A stretch of DNA of 64,000 bases from Candidatus Gugararchaeum adminiculabundum (GTDB lineage Archaea > Micrarchaeota > Micrarchaeia > Burarchaeales > Gugararchaeaceae), in the NCBI GenBank assembly GCA_902384795.1, contig CABMDC010000001.1, positions 7,375 to 71,374 on the forward strand, given 5' to 3'. Below, in pieces: positions 10,220-21,000 of the stretch (the stretch's first letter is position 1; each line of letters opens with the position of its first letter). The notes under the pieces were generated by a model that was not told the origin of the DNA, did no database searches, and worked only from the letters and a program-made list of their open reading frames with translations. Position numbers and translations under genes: made by a program.

Positions 10220-11734
10220 TCACTTCTTTTTCTTGACATACTTTCCATAGCCCCAGTAGGCAACTCCTGCAATTATCAAAAGAGTCACAATATTTCCAAG
10301 GCTGAAAAGCCCGCCATTCCCATTGCTTGCGGCGGTCCCGACTCCTGCAGGGACCACGTGCAAAGTGACTGTCTTATTTTCACTCACAGTTTGCTTGCAG
10401 GCATCCCTATAGCTTACTGTGACACCTAGCTGGTACTCTCCAGGGGTGTCAGTCTTGACATTCACCTTGTATCTCGCGTTATCCTTGTCATTCACAAGAA
10501 TCTGTCCAAGGAACTGGTCGCTGGCTTCAAGCAGGGAGAATTCCTCACTGCTCCCCATGTTCACTGAAACCGCGTCAATGGTGGCAAGCCCCTTGTTCGC
10601 CACCTGGACGCTGAATGTGTAAACCCCCTTTGCATTCACATAGGCGGGCTCAGTGGCCATTACCACCGAAACATCATTCTTGCATCCCACAGCTATCCCC
10701 GCTTCCTTTTCCACCACAGTTTGCTGTTCCCCCTGTGCATTCCTGTAGTCCAAATCAATGTGCACTGCCTTGTAGCCAGGTGCAGCATCATTATTCACGC
10801 CGATTATGAACACAGCTGTCTGGCTTTCACCAGGGGTAATTTCAGTTATGACCCTTTCATCAGAGCCGATGGCAGTGAAGAACGAGTCAGAAACCTTTAT
10901 CCTAACATTGTATGCGTCCTCTCCTCCCACATTCCTAACCTGCACATTCAACCCTACTTTCTCCCCTGGGAGAATCGCATCAGTGGTGCTCGGAGTGACT
11001 TCAATTATGAAGTCAGCCTTGTTCTTTATCACCTCAACCGGCCCGAACGAAAGCGTTGAGACTCCGGCTGTTCCAATATTATCGGTGTAGGTCGCGCTGA
11101 TCGGTATGCTATAAGTTCCAGCAACTGTGCTCGAGACAACGCTGAAGCTCACATTCACTCTCCTTGTTCCTCCTTTTGGGAGGTCTCCAATGTTAATCGG
11201 AGAAGGGCCCTTCAGGATAAAGTTGGAAGAGCTCGGCTGCAAATTCACACTCTTTGCCTCGCCTCCGGTATTCGTTATCACTGCTTCAACTGTGAAGTCC
11301 TGGCTCGGAGCAACGCTCGGATGGCCCGCATCTATCTGCAGGTTCGGCGAGTCCCTCACCGTAATCGGCACATTCAATGATTTGAATTTGCTTCCGGTGC
11401 TTTCACTCCAATAGGCGTTGATCGGCATGTTGTAAATCCCGGTTTTCGCGCCCGCTTCAACCCTGAATTGCAGGGTGACATAGGTGCTTGCACCAGAGCT
11501 GAAATCCCCCAAATCCTTTGATTCGGAGGAAATAATCGGGTTCACGGCATCGCTAGTGATTTTCACATTTGAGATGCTCTCCGCCCCGGGGTTGCTCACT
11601 AGGAGCGTTACGGTCCCGCTGGAATCCGGCTTTATGGTTGACGGTGCAACCGAATAATTGGAAAACTGCAAGTCAGCAAAAGCGACTCCCGCCAGCAGCG
11701 CCAGCAAAATTATTGCTCCCATAAAATTTTTCAT
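10220..11734 (-). CDS. secreted Ig/CARDB-like repeat protein with C-terminal TM anchor and Lys tail, cargo or partner of the MacB-type exporter
   Basis: Signal peptide MKNFMGAIILLALLAGVAFA; CARDB-like segments (APSTIKPDSSGTVTLLVSNPGAESISNV); C-terminus LLIIAGVAYWGYGKYVKKKK. Overlaps the ATPase gene by 4 nt. Confidence 0.55.
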   Translation of the reverse strand: MKNFMGAIILLALLAGVAFADLQFSNYSVAPSTIKPDSSGTVTLLVSNPGAESISNVKITSDAVNPIISSESKDLGDFSSGASTYVTLQFRVEAGAKTGIYNMPINAYWSESTGSKFKSLNVPITVRDSPNLQIDAGHPSVAPSQDFTVEAVITNTGGEAKSVNLQPSSSNFILKGPSPINIGDLPKGGTRRVNVSFSVVSSTVAGTYSIPISATYTDNIGTAGVSTLSFGPVEVIKNKADFIIEVTPSTTDAILPGEKVGLNVQVRNVGGEDAYNVRIKVSDSFFTAIGSDERVITEITPGESQTAVFIIGVNNDAAPGYKAVHIDLDYRNAQGEQQTVVEKEAGIAVGCKNDVSVVMATEPAYVNAKGVYTFSVQVANKGLATIDAVSVNMGSSEEFSLLEASDQFLGQILVNDKDNARYKVNVKTDTPGEYQLGVTVSYRDACKQTVSENKTVTLHVVPAGVGTAASNGNGGLFSLGNIVTLLIIAGVAYWGYGKYVKKKK

Positions 11735-12483
11735 TTCACCAACCCCCTACCTCTTACTGTTTCTCTCTTATTTTCATCCACCTTTTCAATTTTTTCAATC
11801 AGGCCGTCGCGTATGTGGACTATGCGCTCGGCCCTTTCCGCCACATATCTTTCGTGTGTGACCGTGACCAATGTCCTGCCCTCCCTCTGGTGCAGGTCAT
11901 CGAATACCTTGAGGACCTCCTCCCCGCTCTTGGAATCCAAATTTCCCGTGGGCTCGTCCGCAAGGATGATTTTCGGGTCATTGGCCAGCGACCGCGCAAT
12001 GGCGACCCTCTGCCTCTGCCCCCCTGAAAGCTGGTTCGGATAGTTCGCCAATTTTTCCCCGATTCCGAATTCCTTCAGGATTTCCTTGGCCCTTTTTTCC
12101 CTTTCCTCCTTTTCAATCCTATAGAACATCATGGGCAGCGCAACGTTTTCCAGCGCATTCAGGCTGGGCACCAGGTAGAAAGACTGGAACACAAACCCGA
12201 TCGTTTTCCCCCGTATGTACGCGAGCTCGTTTTCGCTTTTCTTGCTCACATCCTCGCCATTAATGTAAATGTGCCCCTTGGTCGGCACGTCCAGCAGCCC
12301 GACCATGTGCATCAGGGTGCTTTTGCCGGAACCGCTCGGCCCCATGATGCTGATCCTCTCGCCCTCTATGATATCCAGGTCGACCCCGCGGACAGCATCA
12401 AACGAAACCCCGTCCGCCTTGTAGGTTTTTGTGACCCCCTTGAGCGAAATTATTTTTCCTGCCATCTCCCCACCAGTTTTCAT
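11731..12483 (-). CDS. ABC transporter ATP-binding protein, MacB/LolD type
   Basis: Walker A GPSGSGKST, ABC signature LSGGQRQRVAIARSL, Walker B ILADEPTGNLD; 250 aa. Confidence 0.9.
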   Translation of the reverse strand: MKTGGEMAGKIISLKGVTKTYKADGVSFDAVRGVDLDIIEGERISIMGPSGSGKSTLMHMVGLLDVPTKGHIYINGEDVSKKSENELAYIRGKTIGFVFQSFYLVPSLNALENVALPMMFYRIEKEEREKRAKEILKEFGIGEKLANYPNQLSGGQRQRVAIARSLANDPKIILADEPTGNLDSKSGEEVLKVFDDLHQREGRTLVTVTHERYVAERAERIVHIRDGLIEKIEKVDENKRETVRGRGLVK

Positions 12484-12494
12484 TTTACACTCCC

Positions 12495-12860
12495 CTACAG
12501 GCCCATCATATCCCTGAGAAATTCCTTTTTCAGCCCCTTGAAGAAATGCCTTTTCCCCATTTCCAGCTGTTTTTTCCCCGCCGGGGTTATCGAATAAACC
12601 CGCACCTTTCTTCCAGTCTTTTCACCTGCTTTGCCTTTTATCAGTTTGTTTTTCTCCAGCTCGGAAATTATGGGGTGCATCCTCGCATAGGAGGCTTTCA
12701 GCATCCCGTCGTCCTGCATCACTTTCACCAGCTCATAGACATGGACCGGTTTTTTCATGATGTACCAGAGCGCAAAGGCCGCGAGGAAATGCTTAATCAT
12801 GTCGCTCTCGACCACATGGCCTGCCAGATCCCCTGCGCCATGCCCTATCCTAATGTTCAT
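12495..12860 (-). CDS. PadR-family winged-helix transcriptional regulator
   Basis: 121 aa with a PadR-like wHTH pattern (HVYELVKVMQDDG...SYARMHPIISELEKNKLI); first gene of the ABC operon. Confidence 0.65.
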   Translation of the reverse strand: MNIRIGHGAGDLAGHVVESDMIKHFLAAFALWYIMKKPVHVYELVKVMQDDGMLKASYARMHPIISELEKNKLIKGKAGEKTGRKVRVYSITPAGKKQLEMGKRHFFKGLKKEFLRDMMGL

Positions 12861-12955
12861 GGGGTACTATATAAGAAATTAGATATATAAGCATTCCGAT
12901 ATATCAGAAAATAGACATATAAACGTTTTTAACCCTCCGCGGGCATAACCTCCCA

Positions 12956-13285
12956 GTGGCAAAGCTGAAAATAAAGGTAATAGACGAGAAGGGCGCAGGC
13001 TCGCGCAAGTGGGTCAGCGACCCCCGGGGTTTTTTCCTAATCTATCTTGCTGACAGGAAAATATTCGTAGAGCATTACAGGACACGGTTCGAGGGGCCTG
13101 CCAGCGTGACCGGAACCCCGGATTTCATCTTCCAGGGAATCAGCGCGAAAAATCTCGGCTATACTATAATAGACGCAGGCCTGGCCTCGCGCCTGGACCA
13201 TGCTGCCTATCTGGGCAGGGAGCTCCAGAAGGCGGAGTACTGCCTGAAAAACGGCAAAAAATACGTGCAGGATTCCGAATCCTAG
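12956..13285 (+). CDS. hypothetical protein
   Basis: 109-aa ORF with no recognised motif; divergent from the PadR gene across a TATA-rich spacer. Confidence 0.4.
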   Translation: MAKLKIKVIDEKGAGSRKWVSDPRGFFLIYLADRKIFVEHYRTRFEGPASVTGTPDFIFQGISAKNLGYTIIDAGLASRLDHAAYLGRELQKAEYCLKNGKKYVQDSES

Positions 13286-13350
13286 CCCTGCCTGGCTCTT
13301 AGTTAATTATTTAAACAACCCCTGCAAATTCTATCTTCAGGTGTATACCT

Positions 13351-13542
13351 ATGGCAAGCGACGCATCAAAAGCAGCAGTCGGCATTGCGCGAGTCGTAGT
13401 CTCACTTGCAGTGGGCGGAGTGATAGGCTGGATGCTCTGGGAATATACCACCTGGATGCCTGACTGGCAGGTTTACATCTGCGCAGCGCTTTCGGCATTA
13501 ATGACAGGCATACTAATTTCGAAACAGTCCAAGGGAACTTAA
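13351..13542 (+). CDS. small membrane protein (two predicted TM helices)
   Basis: 63-aa ORF with two hydrophobic helices. Confidence 0.35.
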   Translation: MASDASKAAVGIARVVVSLAVGGVIGWMLWEYTTWMPDWQVYICAALSALMTGILISKQSKGT

Positions 13543-13573
13543 AGTAAAACCAGTCTCTCTCATTCTTGCTCTT

Positions 13574-14095
13574 CTACTCCTGTACTGTCATCCTTTCATA
13601 AAATTCCTTAGCCTTAGTCCTGACTTTCTCATTCGATTCAACCAGCACCATCCCCTCATTGGGTTGGCCGTAGATTATCAGATCGCCATCGCTGGAGAAA
13701 ATAATCGCAATCAGCGCTGCCAAATCCTCCTCGCCCTCGATTTCAATTTTCCCCTTCCTATTTCTAATCGCCTTTTTCACAGCGCTTTCAGTCTCATCGG
13801 TAATGGTTCCTGCCGGATTCCGCACGCGCACAATCTCCCCGCTGCCAGCGCCCGCATATTCGAGTATCACTTTTGTAATTTCGGGCGAAGCAGGCATTCT
13901 CCTGATCACATTGTCAAAGACCACGATGTCCGGGGTCTCTCCTGCGCGTATGAGCAATGCAGAGCAATGGTCGCCCACTGAAATCAGCAGCCCCTTTCTC
14001 TTTTCAGCCCTAGCCATGGCCTCCTCTTCGGTCGCCAATTTGCCGAACGGCTTGGCAAGCTCGTGCCTTAGTCCCAGCGTGAGTGTTCGCTTCAT
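13574..14095 (-). CDS. DUF359-like protein, putative GTP-dependent dephospho-CoA kinase
   Basis: About 175 aa with VGD..S..L...G..PDIVVFD and NPAGTIT motifs resembling the archaeal DUF359 family. The start is taken at an internal Met to avoid overlap with argG; the track ORF extends to 14134. Confidence 0.45.
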   Translation of the reverse strand: MKRTLTLGLRHELAKPFGKLATEEEAMARAEKRKGLLISVGDHCSALLIRAGETPDIVVFDNVIRRMPASPEITKVILEYAGAGSGEIVRVRNPAGTITDETESAVKKAIRNRKGKIEIEGEEDLAALIAIIFSSDGDLIIYGQPNEGMVLVESNEKVRTKAKEFYERMTVQE

Positions 14096-14108
14096 CAGTC
14101 CGCTCCCC

Positions 14109-15299
14109 TTATCTCTTTTTCCTCGCGCCGGCAATGCGTTGCCCCATACCGTAAATTTTCACAAATCCCTCGGCATCCTTGCCGCTCCAGCTCGCCTTTT
14201 GGGCATAGCTCGCAATGTCCTTTCTAATCAGCGTGTTGGATGAATTCACTTCAACAACGGTTGCGCATTTGGTTTCCAATTTCACTTTCACTTTTCCTGA
14301 AACCGCCTGGTTCGCGGAATCGGCAAAAGCCTGGATGTCCTTCACAGCAGGTTCATAGAGCAACCCGGAGAAATTATAATCCGCCCATTTCAGGTCAAGC
14401 TCCCGCTTTATTTCCAGCTGCTTTTTTGTAAGAGTCAATTTCTCTAGCGCCTTGTGCGCCCTAATCAGCAGAAGCAGTCCCGGCGCCTCGAAGCTCTGAA
14501 TTCCCTTGATGCCAATCACCTCATCCTCAATATAGGTGACTCGCCCGCAGCCGTGGCTGCCTGCGATTTTGTTCGCCTCTTCCAATAATTTGATTCCCTC
14601 AATTTTCTTTCCATTCAGTGAAACTGGCACTCCGCTGTCAAATTCAATTTCAACATATTCCGGTTCTTTTTTCGTAATCTTGCTCAGCACCCAGGCCTCT
14701 TCGCCCGGCTCCTTCCCCTCGTCAATTTCGCTTCCCGAGACCGTGCGTCCGAAAACATTCTCATTAATAGTGTACTTTTTGCTGGCCTTGGAAACCGCAA
14801 ACCCCTTCTTTTCCAAATAGGCAATCTCCTCTTCCCGTTTAATTCCAAGCTCGCGGATTGGCGCGATTATTTTCAGCTGCGGATTCAGGCAAGCAAGAGT
14901 CACGTCAATTCTCACCTGGTCATTGCCCGCGCCAGTGCATCCGTGCGCCACTGCGGCCGCGCCCTCTCTTTTCGCAGCATCAGCCAGCGCCTTGGCAATC
15001 ACAAAGCGGTCAGCGCACATGCACGGGTAAATTCCCTCGTACAATCCGTTGCACTTTATGGTGTAGGAAATAATGTCACTGTAAATCTCGTTTTTCATGT
15101 CAGCGAAAATATGCTTCACCGCCCCGAGCTCCCTGGAGCGCGCTTCGATTTTCTTCAGCTCATCCTGGGCGATTCCGCCGCTATCCACTGTGAGCGTAAT
15201 AACATCATAGCCCTTTTCCTGCAAATGGGGCACGCAGAAACTGGTGTCCACTCCGCCCGAGAACGCAAGAACGACTTTTTCCTTAGCCATCATAATCAA
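14109..15299 (-). CDS. argG: argininosuccinate synthase
   Basis: N-terminal PP-loop AFSGGVDTS; 396 aa. Confidence 0.9.
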   Translation of the reverse strand: MIMMAKEKVVLAFSGGVDTSFCVPHLQEKGYDVITLTVDSGGIAQDELKKIEARSRELGAVKHIFADMKNEIYSDIISYTIKCNGLYEGIYPCMCADRFVIAKALADAAKREGAAAVAHGCTGAGNDQVRIDVTLACLNPQLKIIAPIRELGIKREEEIAYLEKKGFAVSKASKKYTINENVFGRTVSGSEIDEGKEPGEEAWVLSKITKKEPEYVEIEFDSGVPVSLNGKKIEGIKLLEEANKIAGSHGCGRVTYIEDEVIGIKGIQSFEAPGLLLLIRAHKALEKLTLTKKQLEIKRELDLKWADYNFSGLLYEPAVKDIQAFADSANQAVSGKVKVKLETKCATVVEVNSSNTLIRKDIASYAQKASWSGKDAEGFVKIYGMGQRIAGARKKR

Positions 15300-15425
15300 C
15301 TCCTATTCCCATTACTCCCTATCACTCATCATTCCTCATGCTGCCGCACTATATTATAGTGCATTATTTGCGATAATAGTTTTTTAACCAATGCAGGCAT
15401 TTACTATTAGCGGTCCGGTGCGCCC

Positions 15426-17987
15426 ATGGCTGAAAAACCTGAAAATCAGGAATCCAAATTCGACCCAGCCCTGGCTTCCATGCCCTCCGAGGAGCTCCTG
15501 AAAAAATTCTCCACTTCGCTCTCCGGGATTACTGACGAGGAAGCGCGCAAGCGCCAGAAGAAATACGGGTTCAACGAGCCTGCGAAAGCGAAAGAACACC
15601 ACATCCTGGTGCGCTTCATCCTGTCGTTCAACAACCCGCTGGTCATAATCCTCATGGTCGTGGGAACCATCTCGTTCCTCATGGACCAGAAAATCAGCGC
15701 CCTGCTCACCTATGGCATGGCCATCCTCAGCGTCATCATTTCGTTTTTCCAGGAACTCAAGGCAGGGGTCGAGGCAAAGAAACTTAGCGAGCTGGTGTCC
15801 ACCACCTCCGCTGTAATCCGCCACGGCAAAGAGCACGAGGTGAACATCCGCTACCTGGTTCCGGGTGACATCGTGGCGCTTTCAGCTGGCGACCTGATTC
15901 CCGCTGACATACGCATTCTTTCATCCAAGGACCTTTTCGTAAACCAGGCCTCGCTCACAGGCGAATCATTCCCGGCTGAAAAATCCAGCGAGCCGCCAGA
16001 CCCGGCAAAAGGCGGTTCCCTGCTGGAGTTCAGGAACATCGCGTTCATGGGCACTAACGTGGCAAGCGGCACTGCCCAGGCGCTGGTGCTCAAGACAGGC
16101 TCCTCGACCCAATTCGGCGAGCTCGCAGCCCGCGTTTCCGGCCAGGTGCCTGAAACCGCCTTTGACAAGGGAATCAAGAATTTCGTAATACTCATGCTGA
16201 AGCTAATACTCATTCTCGTTATCGCGATTTTCACCATCAACGCGATTTTGAAAGGCAACATGATCGAGGCGCTCCTTTTCTCACTCGCTGTCGCGGTCGG
16301 GCTCGCGCCTGAAATGCTTCCCATGATGATTGCGGTAAATCTTTCCAGCGGGGCAATCCGCATGTCCAAAAAGAAGGTGATTGTAAAGCGCCTTAGCTCA
16401 ATCCAGAATTTCGGGGCCATGGACATCCTCTGCACAGACAAAACCGGCACGCTCACCCTGGACGAGGTAATCCTTGAGCGGCATTTTGACCTGGGCGGAA
16501 AGGACAACGATGACGTGCTTTTGCAGGCATACCTGAACAGCTATTTCCAGACCGGATTGAAAAATTTGTTGGACAAGGCGATTCTCAAGCACCGGCACCT
16601 GCCGATTAAAAATTTCAGGAAAATAGACGAGATCCCCTTTGATTTCACCCGGAAAATGATGTCCGTGGTGGTCGAGGAAAAGGGCAGGCACGTGCTCATC
16701 AGCAAGGGCGCGCTGGAGGAAATAATCCAGCGCTGCCACAGCTACGAGCTGGATGGGAAAGTGGTTCACGCGCCCGGGAACATCCCTGCCAAATTCAAGG
16801 AGGAGGCGGACAGCTACCGCAACCAGGGATTCCGCGTCCTTGCCGTTGCCTACAAGAATTTCCCGCTCAAGAAAACGCACTATACCAAAGAGGACGAGGC
16901 CGAGCTGACCCTGAAGGGCTACATGATTTTCCTCGACCCGCCCAAGCCCACTGCGAAAAAGGCAATTGAATCGGTGAAGAACCTGGGCATCAGCTTCAAG
17001 GTGCTCACCGGGGACGGCGAAGCGATCACCAGGAAAGTCTGCGGAGACGTGGGCATTGATGTGAGCGGCAGCATTATCACCGGCGACGTGCTGGACAAAT
17101 TAAGCGAAGAAGAGCTTGGCAAGGCCGCGGAAGAGAATTCGGTTTTCGCGCGCCTCGCCCCGCTGCAAAAGGAAAGAATCATAATCGCGCTCAAGAAAAG
17201 AGGCCACATTGTCGGTTACCTTGGGGACGGAATCAATGACGCGCCCTCGCTCAAAACTTCCGACGTAGGTGTTTCGGTCGCCAATGCGGCTGACATTGCC
17301 AAGGAAACGGCGGACATCATTCTTCTGCGCAAAAGCCTGGGAGTTCTTGCAGAAGGGGTTGTCGAAGGGAGGCGGACCTATGCGAACATCCTGAAATACC
17401 TGAAGATGGGCGCGAGCTCGAATTTCGGAAACATGTTCAGCGTGACGGGCGCAAGCCTGTTCCTTCCCTTTTTGCCCATGGCGCCGATTCAAATCCTTCT
17501 CAACAATTTCATGTATGATTTTTCCCAGGCAACAATCCCGACCGACGGGGTCGACGAGGAATACCTGCGAAAGCCGACCCCCTGGAACATCGGTTACATA
17601 AAAAAAATGATGCTTTTTTTCGGCCCCATCAGCTCGCTCTTTGATTTCATCTGCTTTGGCGCGCTCCTGTTCCTGGGCGCCTCCGTTACCCTGTTCCACA
17701 CGGTCTGGTTCCTTGAATCGCTGGCAACTCAAACCCTGGTAATCCATGTGATCCGCACATCCAAAATCCCGTTCATCCAGAGCCGCGCAAGCAATCTGCT
17801 GCTTTTCAGTTCAATCGGCATTGTGCTCCTGGGCGTTGCCCTGACCCTTTCGCCCTTTGCGCCCATGTTTGGATTCGAGAACCCGCCAATCGGATTCTTG
17901 GCCATAACCGCTGCGATAGTTGTCGCTTACCTGGTTCTGGTGCAGCTGCTGAAAATGTGGTTCATCAAGAGATATGGCTACGAATAG
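15426..17987 (+). CDS. mgtA: P-type ATPase, Mg2+-importing MgtA-like
   Basis: DKTGTLT phosphorylation site, GDGINDAPSLK hinge; 853 aa with MgtA-like N-terminus. Confidence 0.8.
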   Translation: MAEKPENQESKFDPALASMPSEELLKKFSTSLSGITDEEARKRQKKYGFNEPAKAKEHHILVRFILSFNNPLVIILMVVGTISFLMDQKISALLTYGMAILSVIISFFQELKAGVEAKKLSELVSTTSAVIRHGKEHEVNIRYLVPGDIVALSAGDLIPADIRILSSKDLFVNQASLTGESFPAEKSSEPPDPAKGGSLLEFRNIAFMGTNVASGTAQALVLKTGSSTQFGELAARVSGQVPETAFDKGIKNFVILMLKLILILVIAIFTINAILKGNMIEALLFSLAVAVGLAPEMLPMMIAVNLSSGAIRMSKKKVIVKRLSSIQNFGAMDILCTDKTGTLTLDEVILERHFDLGGKDNDDVLLQAYLNSYFQTGLKNLLDKAILKHRHLPIKNFRKIDEIPFDFTRKMMSVVVEEKGRHVLISKGALEEIIQRCHSYELDGKVVHAPGNIPAKFKEEADSYRNQGFRVLAVAYKNFPLKKTHYTKEDEAELTLKGYMIFLDPPKPTAKKAIESVKNLGISFKVLTGDGEAITRKVCGDVGIDVSGSIITGDVLDKLSEEELGKAAEENSVFARLAPLQKERIIIALKKRGHIVGYLGDGINDAPSLKTSDVGVSVANAADIAKETADIILLRKSLGVLAEGVVEGRRTYANILKYLKMGASSNFGNMFSVTGASLFLPFLPMAPIQILLNNFMYDFSQATIPTDGVDEEYLRKPTPWNIGYIKKMMLFFGPISSLFDFICFGALLFLGASVTLFHTVWFLESLATQTLVIHVIRTSKIPFIQSRASNLLLFSSIGIVLLGVALTLSPFAPMFGFENPPIGFLAITAAIVVAYLVLVQLLKMWFIKRYGYE

Positions 17988-18064
17988 AACCGCTCCCCGT
18001 TTCTCATCACTTCCGCACCACCTAAACGGTTAAAAATCCCCTTTTCACATCACACTAGAATAGG

Positions 18065-21000
18065 GTGGTCTTCATGGTGCGGTTGTCCAGTGTTCTTGCA
18101 ATTTCAATTCTATTCCTCCTTCTCGCGCTGCCTTTCGCCTATGCTGACACTGAAATAACAGCCTGCGGCCAGGCGCTTGACTCGGACTCGCGGTATTTCC
18201 TAGCCGGCGATCTCTCGGATTCAGCCGACACCTGTCTCACAGTTGGCGCAGACTACATAACGATAGATTGCCAGGGCAACACTATTCGCCGCGCCTCGGG
18301 CACCGGTTTAGTTGGCATATCTACCTCCTATTCCTACACTACTATCACGAACTGCATCGTGAAGAACTATTCCGAATCAATTTTATTCAGTGGAGCAAGC
18401 AATGGATTAATAGAAAATACTACCGTAATCTCCACTTCCTCCGCGTCCACTCCGGGCATCGGAATCTACCTCACTTACAGCTCCGGCAATATCCTTACTA
18501 ACATCAACGCATCCTCAGACTTTGGCGCCGCCCTAGACCTCAACGCAGCCTCCGGCAATACCCTTACCAACATAACTGCAACCACGCTCGGTTCCGATGA
18601 CATTTCCTTTCTTGCCTATTCCATTTCCGATTGCCCCAACACTCTCACCAATGTCACTGGCACCGGCGGCAAGCCAATCCTATATCACGCCAGTTCCCCG
18701 GTAAACATCAGCAACACCGACGCATCGGTGATAGTTCTCTGCGATGCGAGCGGTTCAAACATAACAAATTCCAACGCCACCAAGGGCGGATTGCAGGTTT
18801 TCTATACTGAAAATTCAACTTTCTCAGGCATCACTACAACCTCCACTAATAACTGCGGCCTCTACCTCTCCCGCAGCTCCCGCAACATCATCACCAACCT
18901 CAATGCAACCTCCGTCAACAACGGCGGCGCCTACCTCCTTAACAGCAGAAATAACAACATAACAAACAGCAACTTTTTCTCTGATTTAAATAATGCGCTA
19001 CTCCTGCATTCGGACGACCCATTAGTTCACCCTACTAGTTACAATCTCCTAGTTGGCGTCAACGCAACCTCGAACGAAGGAATTGCATTCTATATTTACT
19101 GCGACCTTTGGCAATCTTGCGCCGACCACAACACCTTTGTCAATTCCATTGCAACCTCGGTCAACGGCACCGCCATCTACCTCACGGAGAGCTCGAACAC
19201 CAATCTCACCAATGTCAACGCATCCTCTTCCAATTCAGATGACCTTTACTTTACCACATTTACTTGTGAAGATTGCGACCCCCATGTTCTCCCAAAATGC
19301 ACCAACACTTTCACCAATGTCAAGGGCACGGACGGCAAGCCAATTTTATACAATGCCAATTCCCCGGCAACAATCAGCAACACCGATGCATCTGCAATAA
19401 TTCTCTGCAACGCGAGCGGCTCAAACATAACGAATTCAAACGCCACCCGCGGGGGAATCCAGGTTCTCTTTAGCAACAGCTCAACATTCTCCAACATCAT
19501 CGCCACCTCATTCTCAGAAAACGCCCTCTACCTCTATTACAGCCCCAACACCGCCCTTGCAAACATCAATGCAAGCTCTGTCAACGGCACCGGCCTCTGG
19601 ATCGACGCCAGTTCAGACAACAGCATCTCCAATGTAAACGCATCCAGCGCAGGCACCACTGCCATGCAATTCGTTTGGAGCGACCACAACAATCTTACGG
19701 GCATCATTGTGGCTTCCCTGTCCGGCACCGGCCTCAGCCTCTCTTTCTGTTCAGGCAACAACATTTATCATGCAACCCTCTCCGGCTATCCTGCCATTGA
19801 ACTCATTTACGATTCCAATGGCAGATTCAACGACATCAACGTAACCTCCTCCTACCTCTCCTCCACTCCCCTTCCTGCCATCGCATCCTATTCCACTTCC
19901 AATTTCACCCTCATTAACATCAATGTAAATTCCACTTACAACAGCGCATTTAACCTCGATCAGGGCTCAAGCAACATCACACTCATCAACATCACCGCAG
20001 CCTCGGCTGCCGATGCAATTGACTTTATTTTCGGCTCGTCCAAGATTTGCAACTATACGCTTGCCAATTTCACCGGAAGCGGAGGAAAGCGAATTCTGCT
20101 CTACGCCAACTCCCCGGCAACAATCAGCGACACCGATGCCTCCGCAATAATTCTCTGCAATGCAACCGGTTCAAGCGTAACCAATTCAAACGCCACCAAT
20201 GGCGGATTGCAAGTCTACTTCACTGAAAATTCAACTTTCTCAGGCATCACCGCGACTTCCCTCCAGGGCCCCTCTATCTATCTCTATGGCAGTTCCCGCA
20301 ACCGCATAACCAACGCAATTTCCACCAGCATTAGCAATTATGCAATACTCCTCGCCTCCAGTTCCAGCATCAACATAACAAATAGTGCGCTATCCGCGGG
20401 CTTTTCCGGCTGCAACAATACTGCAAACGAATGCTATGCCGCGTTTAACGCATCCGGCGGCTCGGGCAACATCTTCCTGCACAATAATATCACTGCCGAC
20501 TTCTGGGTTGACACTGATGAAAGCGACCTAATTCTCAACGACAGCACAAGCGGCAACTATTACCGGCTTTTCAACGGCACTAGCGCCTCCTCATTCTGCG
20601 ACATTACCAGCGGAACAAATACCTGGGCTGATGGCGGAGGCGCCCGGCCATTACAAAACGGATTATCCTGCCTGGCCTCGGATTATGGCTCCAGGTGGCC
20701 GGGATCAGAAGGCGCTGACTGGCATCCCTATGTGGGCCAAGTGGCAGACCCAAACAGCGTCAGCATCTGCAGATACCTCTCCAGCCCAAACACAGTTTAC
20801 ACTCTCAGCCAGTCAATCAACTCCCATGGCCACCACCCCTGCCTTACTGTAATGGCCGAGAACGTGACCCTCGACTGCAATGGATACAAAATCAACGGGC
20901 ATGGCGACGGCAAGGGAATATACTCCAACTACTCGGGCACGCGCGTGCTGAACTGCGACCTTAGGAATTTCTCCAGCGGAGGCGGCTACAGCATTGAATT

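Noticed and set aside
15851-17747. Minus-strand ORFs inside mgtA (15851-16507, 16398-16880, 17100-17747)
   Set aside because: They are antisense to the P-type ATPase, which is supported by the DKTGTLT and GDGINDAP motifs.
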